Origin: Gemmatales bacterium
Lineage (GTDB): Bacteria; Planctomycetota; Planctomycetia; Gemmatales; HRBIN36
Direction: 5' to 3'
NCBI GenBank assembly: GCA_041640595.1
Contig: JBEPZY010000005.1
Coordinates: forward strand, 128,001 to 192,000
DNA: 64,000 nucleotides
Made by a program: the position numbers and the translations under genes. The notes under the pieces are model-generated. The model did not search any database and was not told where the DNA came from. It saw nothing but the letters and a program-made list of their open reading frames with translations. Of this stretch, positions 44,485 through 56,876 are shown one piece after another. Position 1 is the first letter of the stretch. Every line of letters starts with the position of its first letter.

Positions 44485-45420
44485 ATGGTAACTGCAACGC
44501 TATCCCGACGCAGGTTTCTGTGGAAGGCTGGCGCAACGCTTTCTGGACTTGTCGCCGCGCCGTCGCTTCTGCTCGCCCAGCAAAACCGGCAAAATGCCGC
44601 CCAGTTCGCCCTGCAATACCGCGATGCACACTGGCAAGCCTGGCACCTCAATCAGTTCCTCGACCTCATTTCCGACCAGGACCGCTGGGCACTCAAACTA
44701 AGCCTGGGTCTGGAAGGCAACAAAACCAAAGGCCGATTGCGGGGCCATGCCGCCGACATTGACGACATTCTCGAAGAACTGCTGTGGCATACCAGCCACG
44801 TGTGCTGCTACTGGTTCCGGGACGAATGGAGCATCGCCTACCATCGGGACGTAGTAGTCTGGTGCGCTGACGTGCTGCGGCCGGTTTTGGGGATATCGAA
44901 AGTTGACGCTGAACTTCCCACCTTTGTTCTGGAGCACGAGTTGCTGGTGCGGGTTTTGCTTCGGCTGTGGGACTTACTCAGCGAGGAGCAGCAAAATGCT
45001 TTGCTGAACGGACTCAACCTCAATGACCCCAAAACCCGTGCAGAACACGCTGCGCAACAGGGAGCGATCGCTGCAAAGGCAGTTCAGGAGCTGCAAAATC
45101 ATAAGCTGATCAAGTTTGCTCCAGCAGTAGAAAAACTGGCAAAGTTGCTGGGCGTCCTTCCCGGAGCCAGCATCGTGTTGATCATGGTGGAGATTGGTGA
45201 GCGTTTATTGCAGGCAACCACGTCGCCACCTCAATTGCCACCGGTCGGAGACATTCTCAAGAGGCTCGTAAAAGTGCTGCAACGGGCTTTGAAATTGTTG
45301 GCTCTGGGCAGCGCGAGTGCAACACGGACATTGCCATTTATCTTGACCCTGCATTGCATCAAAATCGAACACCAGCTGCGCGCCGGCATTGCGAAGGCCC
45401 AAATTTTTCCGCAAGGGTGA
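44485..45420 (+). CDS. Paralogous YaaW-like protein with Tat-type signal
   Basis: LSRRRFLWKAG; shares LN.FL.LI.D.DR..LK.SL, DI.DIL..LLW..SH, RDEWSI.YH, LPTF.LE, PF..TLHCIK.EH with upstream gene; SD GGAGAGG. Confidence 0.7.
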   Translation: MVTATLSRRRFLWKAGATLSGLVAAPSLLLAQQNRQNAAQFALQYRDAHWQAWHLNQFLDLISDQDRWALKLSLGLEGNKTKGRLRGHAADIDDILEELLWHTSHVCCYWFRDEWSIAYHRDVVVWCADVLRPVLGISKVDAELPTFVLEHELLVRVLLRLWDLLSEEQQNALLNGLNLNDPKTRAEHAAQQGAIAAKAVQELQNHKLIKFAPAVEKLAKLLGVLPGASIVLIMVEIGERLLQATTSPPQLPPVGDILKRLVKVLQRALKLLALGSASATRTLPFILTLHCIKIEHQLRAGIAKAQIFPQG

Positions 45421-45672
45421 TTCCCGGCGTTATCCATTACGGCAAGTTTCGCGTGTCCCGCTGCTCAGTGATTCTTTCACACAGCCACGGACTTAGAGCG
45501 AACGAAGACGGTGGGCGTTCGTCGCTCCAATAGCGCAACGATAGCTCCCAACGGCCTGAAGTTTTCCGGGCGGCAAGCCACGGTGTTCGTCGCTCCAATA
45601 CGCCGCGATACTTTTAGACAGTCGGGGACTGAATCTTCGGGCCGCCGAATTGAAGCCGGGGATGGCATCGCG

Positions 45673-46977
45673 TCAGACCAGTTCGAGTGTGCCACGAGCT
45701 TCGTCGTAACTAAACAACTCGCCGAACCGTGCCCACTGCACAAAGGTGTGAAAGACTCGCTGGTGATTTTCTTCGGGCAAGTGCAGGATAATGGTTTCGA
45801 GGACGAAATCCTTGTCCAGACTGCGGTCGGGTTGCTGTTGCAGTGCGGTATAGACCAAGCGAAACAGCCCAATCCGGAGCAGTTGTTCGCGCCAGAGGGC
45901 CTTGCGTTCGGCAGTGGGGGCATTGAGGAAGCGACGCCCCAGCGGGTTGAGAACCACCAAACGCTTGGGCGTGTCCACGAAACCGAGCAGTTCCGCCGCT
46001 GCCACCACGCGCAGCACATGGTCGAAAGGGCGGCGCGTGTCTATGGCAATGCGGAACACGTCTTCGCTACCGCCACGGGCATCCAGGTATTCCAGCAGGC
46101 CGAGAATTTCGCTGGGAGTGGCTTCTGGTAACGGCTCCAATCCGCGCGCCGCTGGGGCGGTCGGCGGTCGCGGTTCATCCGGCAGTTCGTGCCCGGCAAT
46201 GACGTCGTGCAACTGTTCGACCATGGCGAGGAATGCGGGTGCACGATAATCGCGCGGCCGTGGCAAATGGTTCGGTAAAATGGTGCGGATGCGGCCCGGG
46301 TTGGCGCTCAGAATGACGATGCGGTCGGCCAGATATACCGCTTCCTGTATGTCGTGGCTGACGAGGAGAACGGAGGAAGGATGGCGTTCGCTAGACCAGA
46401 TGTCCAGCAGCTCGGCTCGCAGACTCTGAGCCGTCAATGCGTCCACCTGGCTGAACGGTTCGTCCATGAGCAGGATTTCCGGTTCGAGAGCCAATGCTCG
46501 CGCGATGCCGACACGCTGTTTCATGCCCCCGGACAATTCCCGCGGATAACTGTCTTCGAAGCCGGCCAAACCCACCAGGTGCAGTACTCGCTCCGTGCGG
46601 GCTTGCACCTCGTCGGCAGATAAATCAGCCGCCCGCAGAACTATCTCGATGTTCTCCCGTGCCGTCAGCCACGGGTACAAAGCGAAGGTTTGAAAGACAA
46701 TCGCCGTGCCCGGATTCAGCCCCTGCAATTCGTGATTGTGGTAAAGCACCTGGCCAGCGATGGGTCGAATGAGTCCGGCCAGGATGCGTATCAGGGTGGA
46801 CTTGCCACAACCTGATGGCCCCAACAGGGCGAGGATTTCCCTCGGCCGAATGGCCAGGTTGATGTTGGCCAGTACCCGCAACGGCCTGCCGTTGGGCAGC
46901 GTGAAGACGTGCGATACGTCCCGCAGTTCACACAGGCTCTCAGCGACGGCCGTAAGTTCTGTAGTCATCTCCTGCAC
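45673..46977 (-). CDS. Nitrate/sulfonate/bicarbonate-type ABC transporter ATP-binding protein with C-terminal AAA-associated domain
   Basis: [30 protein letters not shown]. Confidence 0.93.
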   Translation of the reverse strand: MQEMTTELTAVAESLCELRDVSHVFTLPNGRPLRVLANINLAIRPREILALLGPSGCGKSTLIRILAGLIRPIAGQVLYHNHELQGLNPGTAIVFQTFALYPWLTARENIEIVLRAADLSADEVQARTERVLHLVGLAGFEDSYPRELSGGMKQRVGIARALALEPEILLMDEPFSQVDALTAQSLRAELLDIWSSERHPSSVLLVSHDIQEAVYLADRIVILSANPGRIRTILPNHLPRPRDYRAPAFLAMVEQLHDVIAGHELPDEPRPPTAPAARGLEPLPEATPSEILGLLEYLDARGGSEDVFRIAIDTRRPFDHVLRVVAAAELLGFVDTPKRLVVLNPLGRRFLNAPTAERKALWREQLLRIGLFRLVYTALQQQPDRSLDKDFVLETIILHLPEENHQRVFHTFVQWARFGELFSYDEARGTLELV

Positions 46978-46981
46978 CGCG

Positions 46982-48730
46982 TTATTTGCTCAGCGAGAAC
47001 CTGGTCTCGGCGAGTTGGTAAAGTCTGCGCCAGATCAGGCGGTTGAACAGCACCACCACGCCGGCCATCACCAGCACGCCAGCGGCTAGCAGCGGAAAAT
47101 CGGCGTGTTCGGCGGCCCAGCTGATTTTGGCGCCCAATCCGTATGCCTGCAATGTCTCTCCGCCAGCACTGATGTACTCAGCCACGATACTGGCGTTCCA
47201 GGCACCGCCTGCTGCCGTTACCCATCCAGTCACCAGGTGAGGAAAGATTGCTGGTAAGTACAGGATCCGCAGTCGCTGCCGGATATTTAGCCGATAGCTG
47301 TGAGCCACCTCACGCAGGTCGGCCGGGACACTCATGGCGCCAGCGACAACATTGAAAAGGATGTACCACTGCGTGCCCAGCAACATCAGAGCCAGGCTGC
47401 CCCAGTCGAGGGAAATCCCAGCCAGTCGCAGTCCGGCAATTACCAGCGGGAACAACATCGGCGCCGGAAACGATGCCGCCACCTGCACCACCGGTTGGAG
47501 CCAGCGTGCCAGAGTCGGTTGGAGACCGATGGCCAGACCGACGGGCACGGCCCAGAGGGTGCCAATCAGGGTGGAAATCAGGACCCGCGCCAGGGTTGCC
47601 ATGGCCGCGAGCACAAGTTCGGGCCACGCCGACCAGGCAAGTGAGCGTAGGAGTCGGGAGAGTTGCCAGGCACCCCAACCCAGTGTCAGCACCAGGGCCA
47701 GAACCAACGCCCAGGAGCATACCACTGTCCAGCGGGGCGAACCTGTCTGGTACGGTTTTGCAAGGGGAAGCGGGGAGCTAACGGTTGCGTGTTTCGCTTG
47801 CCGATCGCGCAACCAGCGGCGCAGGCCGGCTATCAGCGTAGAACGACGTAGCCAGGTCAGAAACCACGACGATGCGGGCAAGGCAGTCCCAGTTTCCTCA
47901 ATGCGAAACTTCTGTGCCCAGACAACCAGGGGCCGCCATAGCAATTGGTCTAAGGCGACAATGAGCAGCGTCATCGCCAGAATCGCCCAGAGCATGGCGT
48001 CCACACGTCCTTGTTCCACGGCAACACTCATGTACGAACCCAGCCCCGGCAATCGGAAATCTCTGTCGCCGAGATGGTATGTCTCGTTGATCATCAGGAA
48101 GAACCATCCGCCGGCCATACTCATCATGGAGTTCCAGACCAGACCCATAGTAGCGCCGGGCAACTCCAGCCAGCGTAACCGCTGCCACCAGTTCAGGCGA
48201 AACGCTGCCGCCACTTCCTGCATGTCTTGCGGCAGCGAGCGCAACGATTGATAGAAACTGAACGTCATGTTCCAGACCTGACCGGTGAAAATCATCACGA
48301 TGGCCGCCAATTCCAGGCCGACATTGCTGTACGGAAATGCCGCCGTCAGACCGAGTACCAGGCCGGGCAGAAAACCAAGAACGGGAATGCTCTGCAGAAT
48401 GTCGAGCAAGGGGATGAGTACTCGTTCCGCCACGCGGTCTTTCGCCGCCCAGTAACCATACAGCAAAGTAAATCCCAACGAGAGCATGTAGGCCAGCAGT
48501 CCGCGCATCAGAGAGTAGAAGGTGTATTTCGGCAGAGCCGTCGGGGACAGTGTGATCTCCACAACCGGGCGATGGGGCCCTGCCCACTCTTTGGCCAGAT
48601 CGAGCAGGCCGTAGAGTAAACCGGCCAGTCCGAGCACAATCAACAGATCCACGCCAGTCAGCTGACGTGCCCGTTGCAGCAGAGCAGTCGCTTCTCCCCA
48701 GATTCGCCGATAAATCACCGGCCGCTGCAT
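46982..48730 (-). CDS. ABC transporter permease (fused double TMD)
   Basis: [40 protein letters not shown]. Confidence 0.92.
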   Translation of the reverse strand: MQRPVIYRRIWGEATALLQRARQLTGVDLLIVLGLAGLLYGLLDLAKEWAGPHRPVVEITLSPTALPKYTFYSLMRGLLAYMLSLGFTLLYGYWAAKDRVAERVLIPLLDILQSIPVLGFLPGLVLGLTAAFPYSNVGLELAAIVMIFTGQVWNMTFSFYQSLRSLPQDMQEVAAAFRLNWWQRLRWLELPGATMGLVWNSMMSMAGGWFFLMINETYHLGDRDFRLPGLGSYMSVAVEQGRVDAMLWAILAMTLLIVALDQLLWRPLVVWAQKFRIEETGTALPASSWFLTWLRRSTLIAGLRRWLRDRQAKHATVSSPLPLAKPYQTGSPRWTVVCSWALVLALVLTLGWGAWQLSRLLRSLAWSAWPELVLAAMATLARVLISTLIGTLWAVPVGLAIGLQPTLARWLQPVVQVAASFPAPMLFPLVIAGLRLAGISLDWGSLALMLLGTQWYILFNVVAGAMSVPADLREVAHSYRLNIRQRLRILYLPAIFPHLVTGWVTAAGGAWNASIVAEYISAGGETLQAYGLGAKISWAAEHADFPLLAAGVLVMAGVVVLFNRLIWRRLYQLAETRFSLSK

Positions 48731-48858
48731 GGAACCTATTTTACAAACCGAATCCCGCGAGCCGGCGGACACGGTGAACAAGGCGCACAGCGAATGCGTT
48801 TCCTGCGCCGCTTGCTGGCTTCATTCGCCATTTGCCATTCGCCCATCGCTGCGCGTTG

Positions 48859-51714
48859 CTATTGCCGCGGTGGGCTTACATCGGCGTTGCCCTGACTAAC
48901 CGTGCTGATGGCTTCGACAGCCACTGCGGCGACTTTATATTCGGGAATCTTGGCGACCGGATCCGTGGCCGGGTTGGTGAGAGTGTTGGCATTGCGGTCG
49001 GCGGGAAAATGGAAGTTGGCGAATACTACGCCCGGTGCCGTTCGTTCCGTGATCCAGGTTCGTGCCACCATCTGTCCCCTTCGCGATCGCAAACGGACGG
49101 GCATGCCGTCGCGCAGCCCTAAAACCGAGGCGTCATCCGGATGAATTTCCACCAGCGGTTCCGGATAAATCTGCGCCAGACCGCTGCTTCGCCGCGTCAG
49201 TTCCCCACCGTGCCAGTGGTAAAGCACGCGGCCGGTGGTGAGCACGAAAGGAAATTGTTCATCCGGCCATTCGGCTGGCGGCAGGTGCTCCACGACATGG
49301 AATCGCCCACGACCACGCGGAAAACTTTCGGTGAACAGAATCGGCGTGCCCGGGTGCGTGCTTTCGGGAACAGGCCAGTGGAGTTGCTCGCCCCGCTCCA
49401 GCCGCGCGTAGCTGATGCCGGAGTAAATCGGTGTCAGGGCGGACAGTTCCTGGAAAATATCGCCGGGGGTCTGGTAATTCCAGGCAGCCCACGGGCCTGC
49501 TGGCTGACGTAGTTGCCGTGCTAATATGCGCCTGGCGAGCTCGGCCAGGATCGCCCAATCGGCACGCGCTTCTCCTGGTGGCGACAGTGCCGATCGAACT
49601 GGCTGGACACGCCTTTCCGTGTTGGTGAATGTGCCGGACTTTTCGGCGAAAGAGACACCCGGCAGCAACACGTCAGCAAAATGGGAGGTTTCGGAGGGGA
49701 AAATCTCCTGAAGCACGAGGAACTCGCCTCGCGCCAGACACTCTCGGGTATGTGTCAGATGCGGTTCCGTCAGCGCCAAATCCTCGCCCAGAACATACAG
49801 CGCTCGTAACTTGCCAGCGCCGAACTGCTGTACCATTTCCGTTACCGTCAGGCCGGGTTTGTTTTCCAGCCCCAGCGTCGGGCTGTGCGAAACGGCGTTG
49901 ACCGCTGGAGCAAGCGCCCAGGCATCATCGAACTTTCGCACGATCCGGGCATCGCTGACCGGTTGGTATCCTGGAAATACGTTGGGTAGAGCTCCCACGT
50001 CGCAGGCTCCTTGAACATTGTTCTGCCCGCGCAGGGGATTTACTCCGCCGCCCGGGATACCGAGATTACCCAGAAGCATCTGCAGGTTGGCCAGTGCCAG
50101 TACGTTGAGCACGCCCGTGGTATGTTGCGTAATCCCCATGGCCCAGATCGCCGCCAGCGGTTTGGTTCTGGCCAGCAACTCGGCTGCTTGCCTTAACTGT
50201 TCCACCGGCACACGGGTGATTTGCGAGACTCGTTCTGGCGGATAGGCAGCCAGCGAGGCTGCAAACGCTTCGAAATTCTCACACCGCTGGGCTATGAAAT
50301 CGTGGTCGTGCCAGCCGTTGGCCACGATGATGTGCATCAGGCCATTGAGCAGGGCGACGTCGGTGCCAGGCAGATGTTGCAAATGCAGCCTGGCCAGACT
50401 GGTGATGTCAATGCGGCGAGGATCTGCCACGACCAGCACCAAGCCACGCCGCAAGATCGCCTGCCGTAACTTTGTCCCGAACACAGGATGCTGTTCGGTG
50501 ACGTTCGACCCAATCAGAAACACGCCCGCCGCGTGCTCGGCAATATCGGCCATGGTGTTGCTCATGGCACCGGAGCCAAACGCCATCGTCAACCCGGCTA
50601 CCGTTGAGGAGTGGCACAACCGCGCACAGTGATCCACGTTGTGCGTGCCGAACACCTGCCGGGCCAGCTTTTGCATCAGGTAGTTTTCTTCGTTGGTGCA
50701 CTTGGCCGAGGAGAGAAAGCCAAGCGCATTTCCTCCATTGTGCCGCCAAACTTCCGCGAGTTTGTCCGCGACCAGGTTCAGAGCCGTTTCCCAATCCACA
50801 GCCACCCATTGTCGGGCTTGCGATTGGGCTTGCCGTTTCGGTATGCCTTCCAGCAGGTAACGCCGTACCAGAGGTCGCACGAGCCGATCCCCGTGATGGA
50901 CGTAGTCGTAACCGTAACGTCCTTTAACGCACAAATGCAGACCGTTCACAGGGGAGTCGGGATTTCCGCTAACGCGAATGATGCGGTTGTCTTTCACGTG
51001 CAGGATGATGCCACAACCAACGCCGCAGTAACTGCACACAGTCGGCACCAGGTTATCGGCTTTGCCCCGACCCACCGACATCTTGTCAGCGAGTGCTCCG
51101 GTAGGGCAGTAAGCGGCACAGGCACCGCACGATTCGCAGCCAGCTTCCAGCATCGTGCCGTCGGTTCCGGCGACAATTCGGGCATCTGCGCCGCGACCGG
51201 CTACGCCCCAGACGAAACGTCCCTGCACTTCTGCACACGCCCGTACACACCGCGTACACAAGATACATTTGTTCCAGTCCACCCACACAAACGGATTCGG
51301 GTCGCTGTTGATCGGGAACCGGGCCACACGCTCGCCATCCTGACCAGGCTGCACACCGAAATGACGCAGCCAGTGCTCGAACTCCGTTTCCTCGTGATCC
51401 CCGGATGCGTAGCCGCTATCCACGTAACGCAGCGACAGCAACCGCAGGATGAATCGCCGCGTTGACTGTAGCCGTGGGGTATCCGTCCGGACACGCATGT
51501 CCCAGCAGACTCTGGTAACGCATGCCGGCACCAGGTTACGCAGGTTTTCCACCTCCACCAGGCATAACCGACACGAACCCACCGGACTCAGGTCGGGATG
51601 GTAGCACAAAGTGGGAATCGTCCGGCCGATCTGGCGAGCAGCCTCCAGGATCGTCGCGCCGGGCCGCGCTTGCACTGGCTGGTCATCTATCACGAGTGGA
51701 ATCATGCCGTCCAT
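48859..51714 (-). CDS. fdhF: Formate dehydrogenase alpha subunit (Mo/W-bisPGD, Cys ligand, N-terminal Fe-S domains)
   Basis: IPTLCY...CRLCLV, CILCTRCVRAC, CESCGACAAYC, CSYCGVGC, HCARLCHS, PLRGQNNVQG, PEYKVAAV. Confidence 0.95.
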   Translation of the reverse strand: MDGMIPLVIDDQPVQARPGATILEAARQIGRTIPTLCYHPDLSPVGSCRLCLVEVENLRNLVPACVTRVCWDMRVRTDTPRLQSTRRFILRLLSLRYVDSGYASGDHEETEFEHWLRHFGVQPGQDGERVARFPINSDPNPFVWVDWNKCILCTRCVRACAEVQGRFVWGVAGRGADARIVAGTDGTMLEAGCESCGACAAYCPTGALADKMSVGRGKADNLVPTVCSYCGVGCGIILHVKDNRIIRVSGNPDSPVNGLHLCVKGRYGYDYVHHGDRLVRPLVRRYLLEGIPKRQAQSQARQWVAVDWETALNLVADKLAEVWRHNGGNALGFLSSAKCTNEENYLMQKLARQVFGTHNVDHCARLCHSSTVAGLTMAFGSGAMSNTMADIAEHAAGVFLIGSNVTEQHPVFGTKLRQAILRRGLVLVVADPRRIDITSLARLHLQHLPGTDVALLNGLMHIIVANGWHDHDFIAQRCENFEAFAASLAAYPPERVSQITRVPVEQLRQAAELLARTKPLAAIWAMGITQHTTGVLNVLALANLQMLLGNLGIPGGGVNPLRGQNNVQGACDVGALPNVFPGYQPVSDARIVRKFDDAWALAPAVNAVSHSPTLGLENKPGLTVTEMVQQFGAGKLRALYVLGEDLALTEPHLTHTRECLARGEFLVLQEIFPSETSHFADVLLPGVSFAEKSGTFTNTERRVQPVRSALSPPGEARADWAILAELARRILARQLRQPAGPWAAWNYQTPGDIFQELSALTPIYSGISYARLERGEQLHWPVPESTHPGTPILFTESFPRGRGRFHVVEHLPPAEWPDEQFPFVLTTGRVLYHWHGGELTRRSSGLAQIYPEPLVEIHPDDASVLGLRDGMPVRLRSRRGQMVARTWITERTAPGVVFANFHFPADRNANTLTNPATDPVAKIPEYKVAAVAVEAISTVSQGNADVSPPRQ

Positions 51715-51847
51715 GTTCGGTTCGCTTTCCGCAATGGGGGAGTCCAGGTTTCACCGAGGGGCCATTCAAGCGAAAAGACAGCTAAGCTGGCAGCCGCAGA
51801 CCACCGCCAGGCTAGCCCAGGTTCATTCGAAGAGCCGTTCAAGCAAC

Positions 51848-52408
51848 AGCGACACACTCTGGCGGAATTCTAGCCGGCGACCGAACCTCCGAAATAGCGA
51901 CACACTTTAGTGCAATTCTAAGCCGGGCCGACCCGGCATTCACGGGGTGCACAGCCCCCTCCTGATACACGCCAGAGTTCGCTTCGAAATGCCCATTTTG
52001 CAATGGCGACACGCACGTTCGCAAGAGCGGCGGGCGTCAGCCCGCCGTGGTTCGTGGTACGACCGCTGTATCGTGAGAAACGAACATTGTCCAGTGGCTA
52101 GCGAACGTACAACGAAGAGCGGCGGGCGTGAGCCCGCCGTGGTTCGGATTCGCACTTGCAACTACTTTGAGGGGGATGAATACGATGACGGGTGGCGGGT
52201 GTGTCAGCCCGCCGTGGTTCGAATTCACACTTGCAACGGCGACCGGCTTTTGCGGACTGATTAACGTCCCGACCGCACGTTCGGCTCCCCAAACCACGGC
52301 TGGCTTACGCCAGCCGCTCTTGGTTGGACGCGCGAATGCCGACGTGGAAATGCGTTTTCCACCTGCGAGCGCGCTACTTTCCGCAGTGCTGGCTTACGCC
52401 AACCGCTC
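51848..52408. repeat. Cluster of REP-like palindromes
   Basis: AAGAGCGGCGGGCGT(C/G)AGCCCGCCGTGGTTCG at 52023 and 52115, variant at 52194, inverted variants at 52292 and 52389; also a 48-bp-period repeat AGCGACACACT...AATTCTA at 51848/51896. Confidence 0.85.
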
Positions 52409-52656
52409 CTGGTGCACGACCGGTGTCCGGTGCCATTCCTGGCCTGGACAGAGTCTTGCAACAGCTTGCATCTCGAAGGGGTGGCTGCGTGAACCATGGA
52501 AACCCACCGGTGGAGGCTAAGGCAGCTAACGAACATGCTCCACTCCGGTCTGCGGGAACCCTGGGAACCGACCGGTGCCGCACCGTGGCTGCATTATGCG
52601 AAATACTTTGCCACGAATTGCGTCTATTTGGTCATGGGTATCGAAGGAGACCGGCC

Positions 52657-55587
52657 ATGAGCTTTCGCGCGCCTGCTGTGTCACTGATCCAGACCTGCTG
52701 GCATCCGGTTCTTTCGAGCGTAGCCGAACCGACCAGTGGGGCATCCAAACCTTGCTGCTTTCCCCTATGGATAGTGGGGGCGTTTGACGACGGATTCATA
52801 GGCGGGTTGACGTGTTTGGCCTTTTTACTTTTGTTGCTGGTCGTCTGGTTTCTCGTGCATCCGTTGATGGTGCTGTCGCGTCTAAGAGAAATCCTGCGGT
52901 TGCTAATCCGGTTGCAACGAGAGCAGCTGGAATTCCAGGAAACCATGACCAGGCTGCTCGCAGAACGAAAAACGGCACCGATTCCTCAAGCCCAGGTGGA
53001 ACCGACAACGTCCTGGCAGCGGACTGTAGAAACGCAACCAGTACCAGGACATCAGCCGATTCCGGAAACATTGCCCACAGCGCAAGCCGTTTCCGAGAAA
53101 GTGCAGCGTCTTGCCAGCCAACTTGCCAGCGTCTCGGAACCTTCGACGCCGGTTACCGGCGAGGCGGTTCCTGCAACCTCCACTACGCCGCCCGGCGCAA
53201 CTGCCTTACGGCCAGAAGCAACGCCGCCCGAAGAGCTAGAGGCCGTTGTTGCCGAGTTATCCGCGTCGCTCCCTGATTTGGATTCGGTGACTGGTGCCGC
53301 TGAACCATCTGCTTCCGCGTCGCAGGCAGCAACATCCGCGGCTGGCACAGCCGAAGAGCCTGTTCCTCGGGTTACGCTAGTGGATTCAGAGCAACCGGGG
53401 CCGAGTCCAGTTTCCCCTCCTCGACAACCGGGTCGGTTTGAACGAGCCGCTGCGGAAATGCTCCGCCGCATCTGGAACTGGATTATCGTGGGCGAGGAAT
53501 ATATCCCTGCGGGCATGTCCTATGAGTTTGCCGTAGCAGTGCACTGGTTATTACGGCTTGGCGTGGCCCTGATTGTGGTTGGCATGGCTTTCTTTTTGCG
53601 CTACAGTGTCGAACGGGGTTGGATTCCACCGGAAGGCCGAGTGGTCATCGCGGCCTGTACGGGTCTTAGTCTTCTGGTCGCGGGAACCTGGATGTTGCCC
53701 GGACGTTTACGCCTTCTGGGCATGGCCATTCAAGCTATTGGCCTGACGACACTCTATATCTCCGTTTATGCTGCTCATCATTGGTACCATCTAATCAACC
53801 AATCCGTGGCATTCGGCCTGATGTGCCTGATTACCCTGACCACAGCCGGTATCGCGGTGGGATTCGATTCGCTTTACGTAGCGTTCCTCGCTTTATTAGG
53901 TGGTTATGCGACGCCGATTTTGTTACCCACGGAAACAGCCAATCTCCCGGGCCTATATGCTTACCTGATCATCCTGGGTGCCGGATTGATTACGATTAGT
54001 CTCTGGAGAAACTGGCCGATAGTCAATCTGGCAAGTTTCCTGGCTAACTATACCATCACGATCACTGCCTTGCTTAGTGACCTGATGAGTCGCACTTATA
54101 CCCCTGGGGAGTTCTGGAGATTGTTGCCTTTCCTCAGCGGGATGTTCCTGACATTTTCCACGCTGGTCTGGGTCCACAATTTCCGTAAGCGCGTTCCCTC
54201 GAATCTGCTGGACTGGTTTGTGTTACTTGTAAATGCCCTGATTTACTTTGCCATTACGGTGGGTCTGTTATTTCACGTTTACGAAACGCAGGACGCGAGG
54301 TACATGGCCGGCTTAGTTACCCTTGCTCTGTGCGCGTTTTATATCGGACACGTGTGGTTCCTGGTATTTAGTCGGCACCAGGACGAGGAATTACAGGTCG
54401 GTTTTCTGGCGCTGGCGGCATTTTTCCTCGGCGTTACTTTTCCACTGATCCTGAGCAACGAATGGTGGACTTCCGCCTGGGCTATCCAGGCACTCGTTAT
54501 GTTGTGGCTAAGCAACCGGTTATCCGCGAATTTCCTGCGTCGTGTTGCCTACCTGGTGTTTGCCATTGTCCTTATCAAGCTTGCCTACGATTTGCCTCAG
54601 TATTATACCGATGCCAGCCCTATTGAATATATGCCCGTCAGCGAGTATTTACGCGACGAGCTCGGCAGGCGTCTATTGATATTCGGCATCCCCTTAGGGT
54701 GCTTAATAGTGGGAGCGATCAAGTTATGGCCACCCGAGCTTAGTTCGCAGCAGCTCCGTCAGCATCCTGAAGCAATCATGCGAGTGAATGGCGGTGTGGT
54801 GTATTTATTTATAAGTGCCGCCCTAGCGGTATTTGTGTGGTTGCATTTCGAGGTTTGGCGGACTGTCGGGTATTTCTACGAACCGTTACGGCTACCGATC
54901 CTTACCTGGCTCTATATTGCCCTGGCCGGCATGGCGCTCTGGATTTATATAGCGATTGGTTTGGCCACGTGGTTTCTGCCTGTTTTTGTGATTCTCAGCC
55001 TGGTGGTTCTGGTCAAGTTCTTGATAGACCTGGCCACCTGGCCGTGGTTAGTTGATTTGGTTAGCGATCCAACTTTAGCGCCGCCCTACCGGCCTGAGGA
55101 TATATTGCCGCGACTGCTGGATTTCCTCGGTGTAATCATGCTTTTCGGATTAGCGGCTCGGGTACTACCCACGCAAGCCCAAGCTCAGACAAACCTGCGC
55201 GGGCTGTTCGTGGGCACTGCGCTTATTCTGATCTTTTTCTTCGCTACGCTGGAAACGAGCGTGTTCTTAGGCAATTTTCTTCCTGAATTTCATGCTGGCG
55301 GGATCTCGCTTCTCTGGGGCCTTTTTGCGCTGGGGTTCATTGTCGGCGGTCTGGTGTGGGACAGTAAGATGCTGCGTGTAAGCGGGTTGTTGTTATTTGC
55401 TGTTGTTGCTGGTAAGATATTCCTGTCGGATTTGTCTCACCTGGAGTTATATTATCGCTTTATAGCTCTCGTCTTAATAGGCATGGTAGCACTGGCGGGT
55501 TCCTATGCTTATCAACGTGCCCAGCACATGCTTTCGCGTTCATCTGTGCCGGCATCGGAAAGAGACACCGTGGAGCAGAGCGAATGA
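52657..55587 (+). CDS. DUF2339 family large membrane protein
   Basis: [49 protein letters not shown]...YRFIALV; many TMs. Start uncertain. Confidence 0.88.
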   Translation: MSFRAPAVSLIQTCWHPVLSSVAEPTSGASKPCCFPLWIVGAFDDGFIGGLTCLAFLLLLLVVWFLVHPLMVLSRLREILRLLIRLQREQLEFQETMTRLLAERKTAPIPQAQVEPTTSWQRTVETQPVPGHQPIPETLPTAQAVSEKVQRLASQLASVSEPSTPVTGEAVPATSTTPPGATALRPEATPPEELEAVVAELSASLPDLDSVTGAAEPSASASQAATSAAGTAEEPVPRVTLVDSEQPGPSPVSPPRQPGRFERAAAEMLRRIWNWIIVGEEYIPAGMSYEFAVAVHWLLRLGVALIVVGMAFFLRYSVERGWIPPEGRVVIAACTGLSLLVAGTWMLPGRLRLLGMAIQAIGLTTLYISVYAAHHWYHLINQSVAFGLMCLITLTTAGIAVGFDSLYVAFLALLGGYATPILLPTETANLPGLYAYLIILGAGLITISLWRNWPIVNLASFLANYTITITALLSDLMSRTYTPGEFWRLLPFLSGMFLTFSTLVWVHNFRKRVPSNLLDWFVLLVNALIYFAITVGLLFHVYETQDARYMAGLVTLALCAFYIGHVWFLVFSRHQDEELQVGFLALAAFFLGVTFPLILSNEWWTSAWAIQALVMLWLSNRLSANFLRRVAYLVFAIVLIKLAYDLPQYYTDASPIEYMPVSEYLRDELGRRLLIFGIPLGCLIVGAIKLWPPELSSQQLRQHPEAIMRVNGGVVYLFISAALAVFVWLHFEVWRTVGYFYEPLRLPILTWLYIALAGMALWIYIAIGLATWFLPVFVILSLVVLVKFLIDLATWPWLVDLVSDPTLAPPYRPEDILPRLLDFLGVIMLFGLAARVLPTQAQAQTNLRGLFVGTALILIFFFATLETSVFLGNFLPEFHAGGISLLWGLFALGFIVGGLVWDSKMLRVSGLLLFAVVAGKIFLSDLSHLELYYRFIALVLIGMVALAGSYAYQRAQHMLSRSSVPASERDTVEQSE

Positions 55588-56519
55588 AAAATGGAACTAT
55601 AGGACTGTGCACAATGCTGATTTTGCCTGTACTGGTGTGGGCGCAGTTACCGTACCGATTTTGCAAAGTGATCGACTTGGATTCGCTACAGGAACCAACC
55701 CTGGTCGCTGTCGCACTGGACAGCGACATTTATGAGGTAACACAGGAAAACTATGCGGATGTACGGATCGTAGATGAAGACGGCGTGGAGGTGGCTTATT
55801 TATTAGACCCGTTGGATTTCCAATCTGGAGCGAACTTGCCGGAAAAGCACCTATATACGGGACGACATTATAACGTGGCAGGATTCGAGGTAGTGCAATC
55901 GCAAAACGGGCGGGAAATGCAGGTACTCGTGCAAAGCCGGCGGGAACCGTGGACGGCACTGATCCTGGAGGTAGGTGAGTGTAACTTTCGGCGTTCAGCT
56001 CGCGTGGAAGCCGTGGGCAGTGGGCGAAGAATCCTGGTCAAAGGCGAGCTTAGTTGTCTGCATCTCGGAGGTATTAGAAAGGAACAGATGGAGCTAAGCT
56101 TTCCCGAGCAGCGCTGTGCTCAATATCGGATCATCATAGAGAATGAGGGCAGTCCGCCCTTGAAAGTTAAGGGAGTGCGGGCACTGGGAAACGTGCACCG
56201 CTTATTTTTCATCGCCGAGCCGGGAAAAAGTTACCGCCTTTATTACGGCGGGCGGATGGAAGAACGGCCTCGCTATGATGCTTTTGCCATTGAGGAGGCG
56301 TTGCGGCATGGCCTGGTGCCGAAACTCGCCAGACTGGGCGAGCAAGTTGTGAATGAAAATTACGTAGAACCCCCGCGGTTCTGGTTTTGGAATCGCTGGT
56401 CCTGGTCGCAGATGGGCTTGCTTTTTCTGGCCGTGCTGGCAGTGCTCTTGTGCTGGAGTTTGTATTACACCGCCAAGCGTGTGCGCTGGTCGTCTGCTGG
56501 CCAGAAAGGAAACGGTTGA
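55584..56519 (+). CDS. DUF3999-like exported protein with C-terminal TM
   Basis: Signal peptide, [23 protein letters not shown]...PRYD; overlaps DUF2339 stop. Confidence 0.65.
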   Translation: MKNGTIGLCTMLILPVLVWAQLPYRFCKVIDLDSLQEPTLVAVALDSDIYEVTQENYADVRIVDEDGVEVAYLLDPLDFQSGANLPEKHLYTGRHYNVAGFEVVQSQNGREMQVLVQSRREPWTALILEVGECNFRRSARVEAVGSGRRILVKGELSCLHLGGIRKEQMELSFPEQRCAQYRIIIENEGSPPLKVKGVRALGNVHRLFFIAEPGKSYRLYYGGRMEERPRYDAFAIEEALRHGLVPKLARLGEQVVNENYVEPPRFWFWNRWSWSQMGLLFLAVLAVLLCWSLYYTAKRVRWSSAGQKGNG

Positions 56520-56876
56520 GGGTTTGCATCCGTTCTGGCCATTGGTTTTTCCGGGGGCGGTTGCCGGGTGTACGGGTTTCCGATATGATGTTGGCCAACT
56601 TGCTATCGCAAATGGCGAAAATTGGTATCGGTGTACTCGAATAAGGGAGCGGAAATCCCTTGCTGGCGGAAAAGCGTGACGGAGGAGCGATGCTGCGATT
56701 TGATCCGGAAATGGGAAGCCGAAGACGCGGGAAAGGCCGACGCAAAGTGGGCCGAAAAAAGCGGCGGATGCGCAGTAAGATACGCCATCGTAAGAAGTAA
56801 TTCCCTTCGCTTTCACCGACGGGCTCGAAAACAGAGCGATCGGGCCCTGGGAAATGTGCGGCACGGACAACGTTTG

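Noticed and set aside
50600..50640. Possible selenocysteine in formate dehydrogenase
   Set aside because: Active site reads CARLCHS with a Cys codon and no in-frame TGA.
52324..52656. N-terminal extension of the DUF2339 ORF
   Set aside because: Overlaps the REP cluster and lacks protein-like character; the real start is likely downstream.
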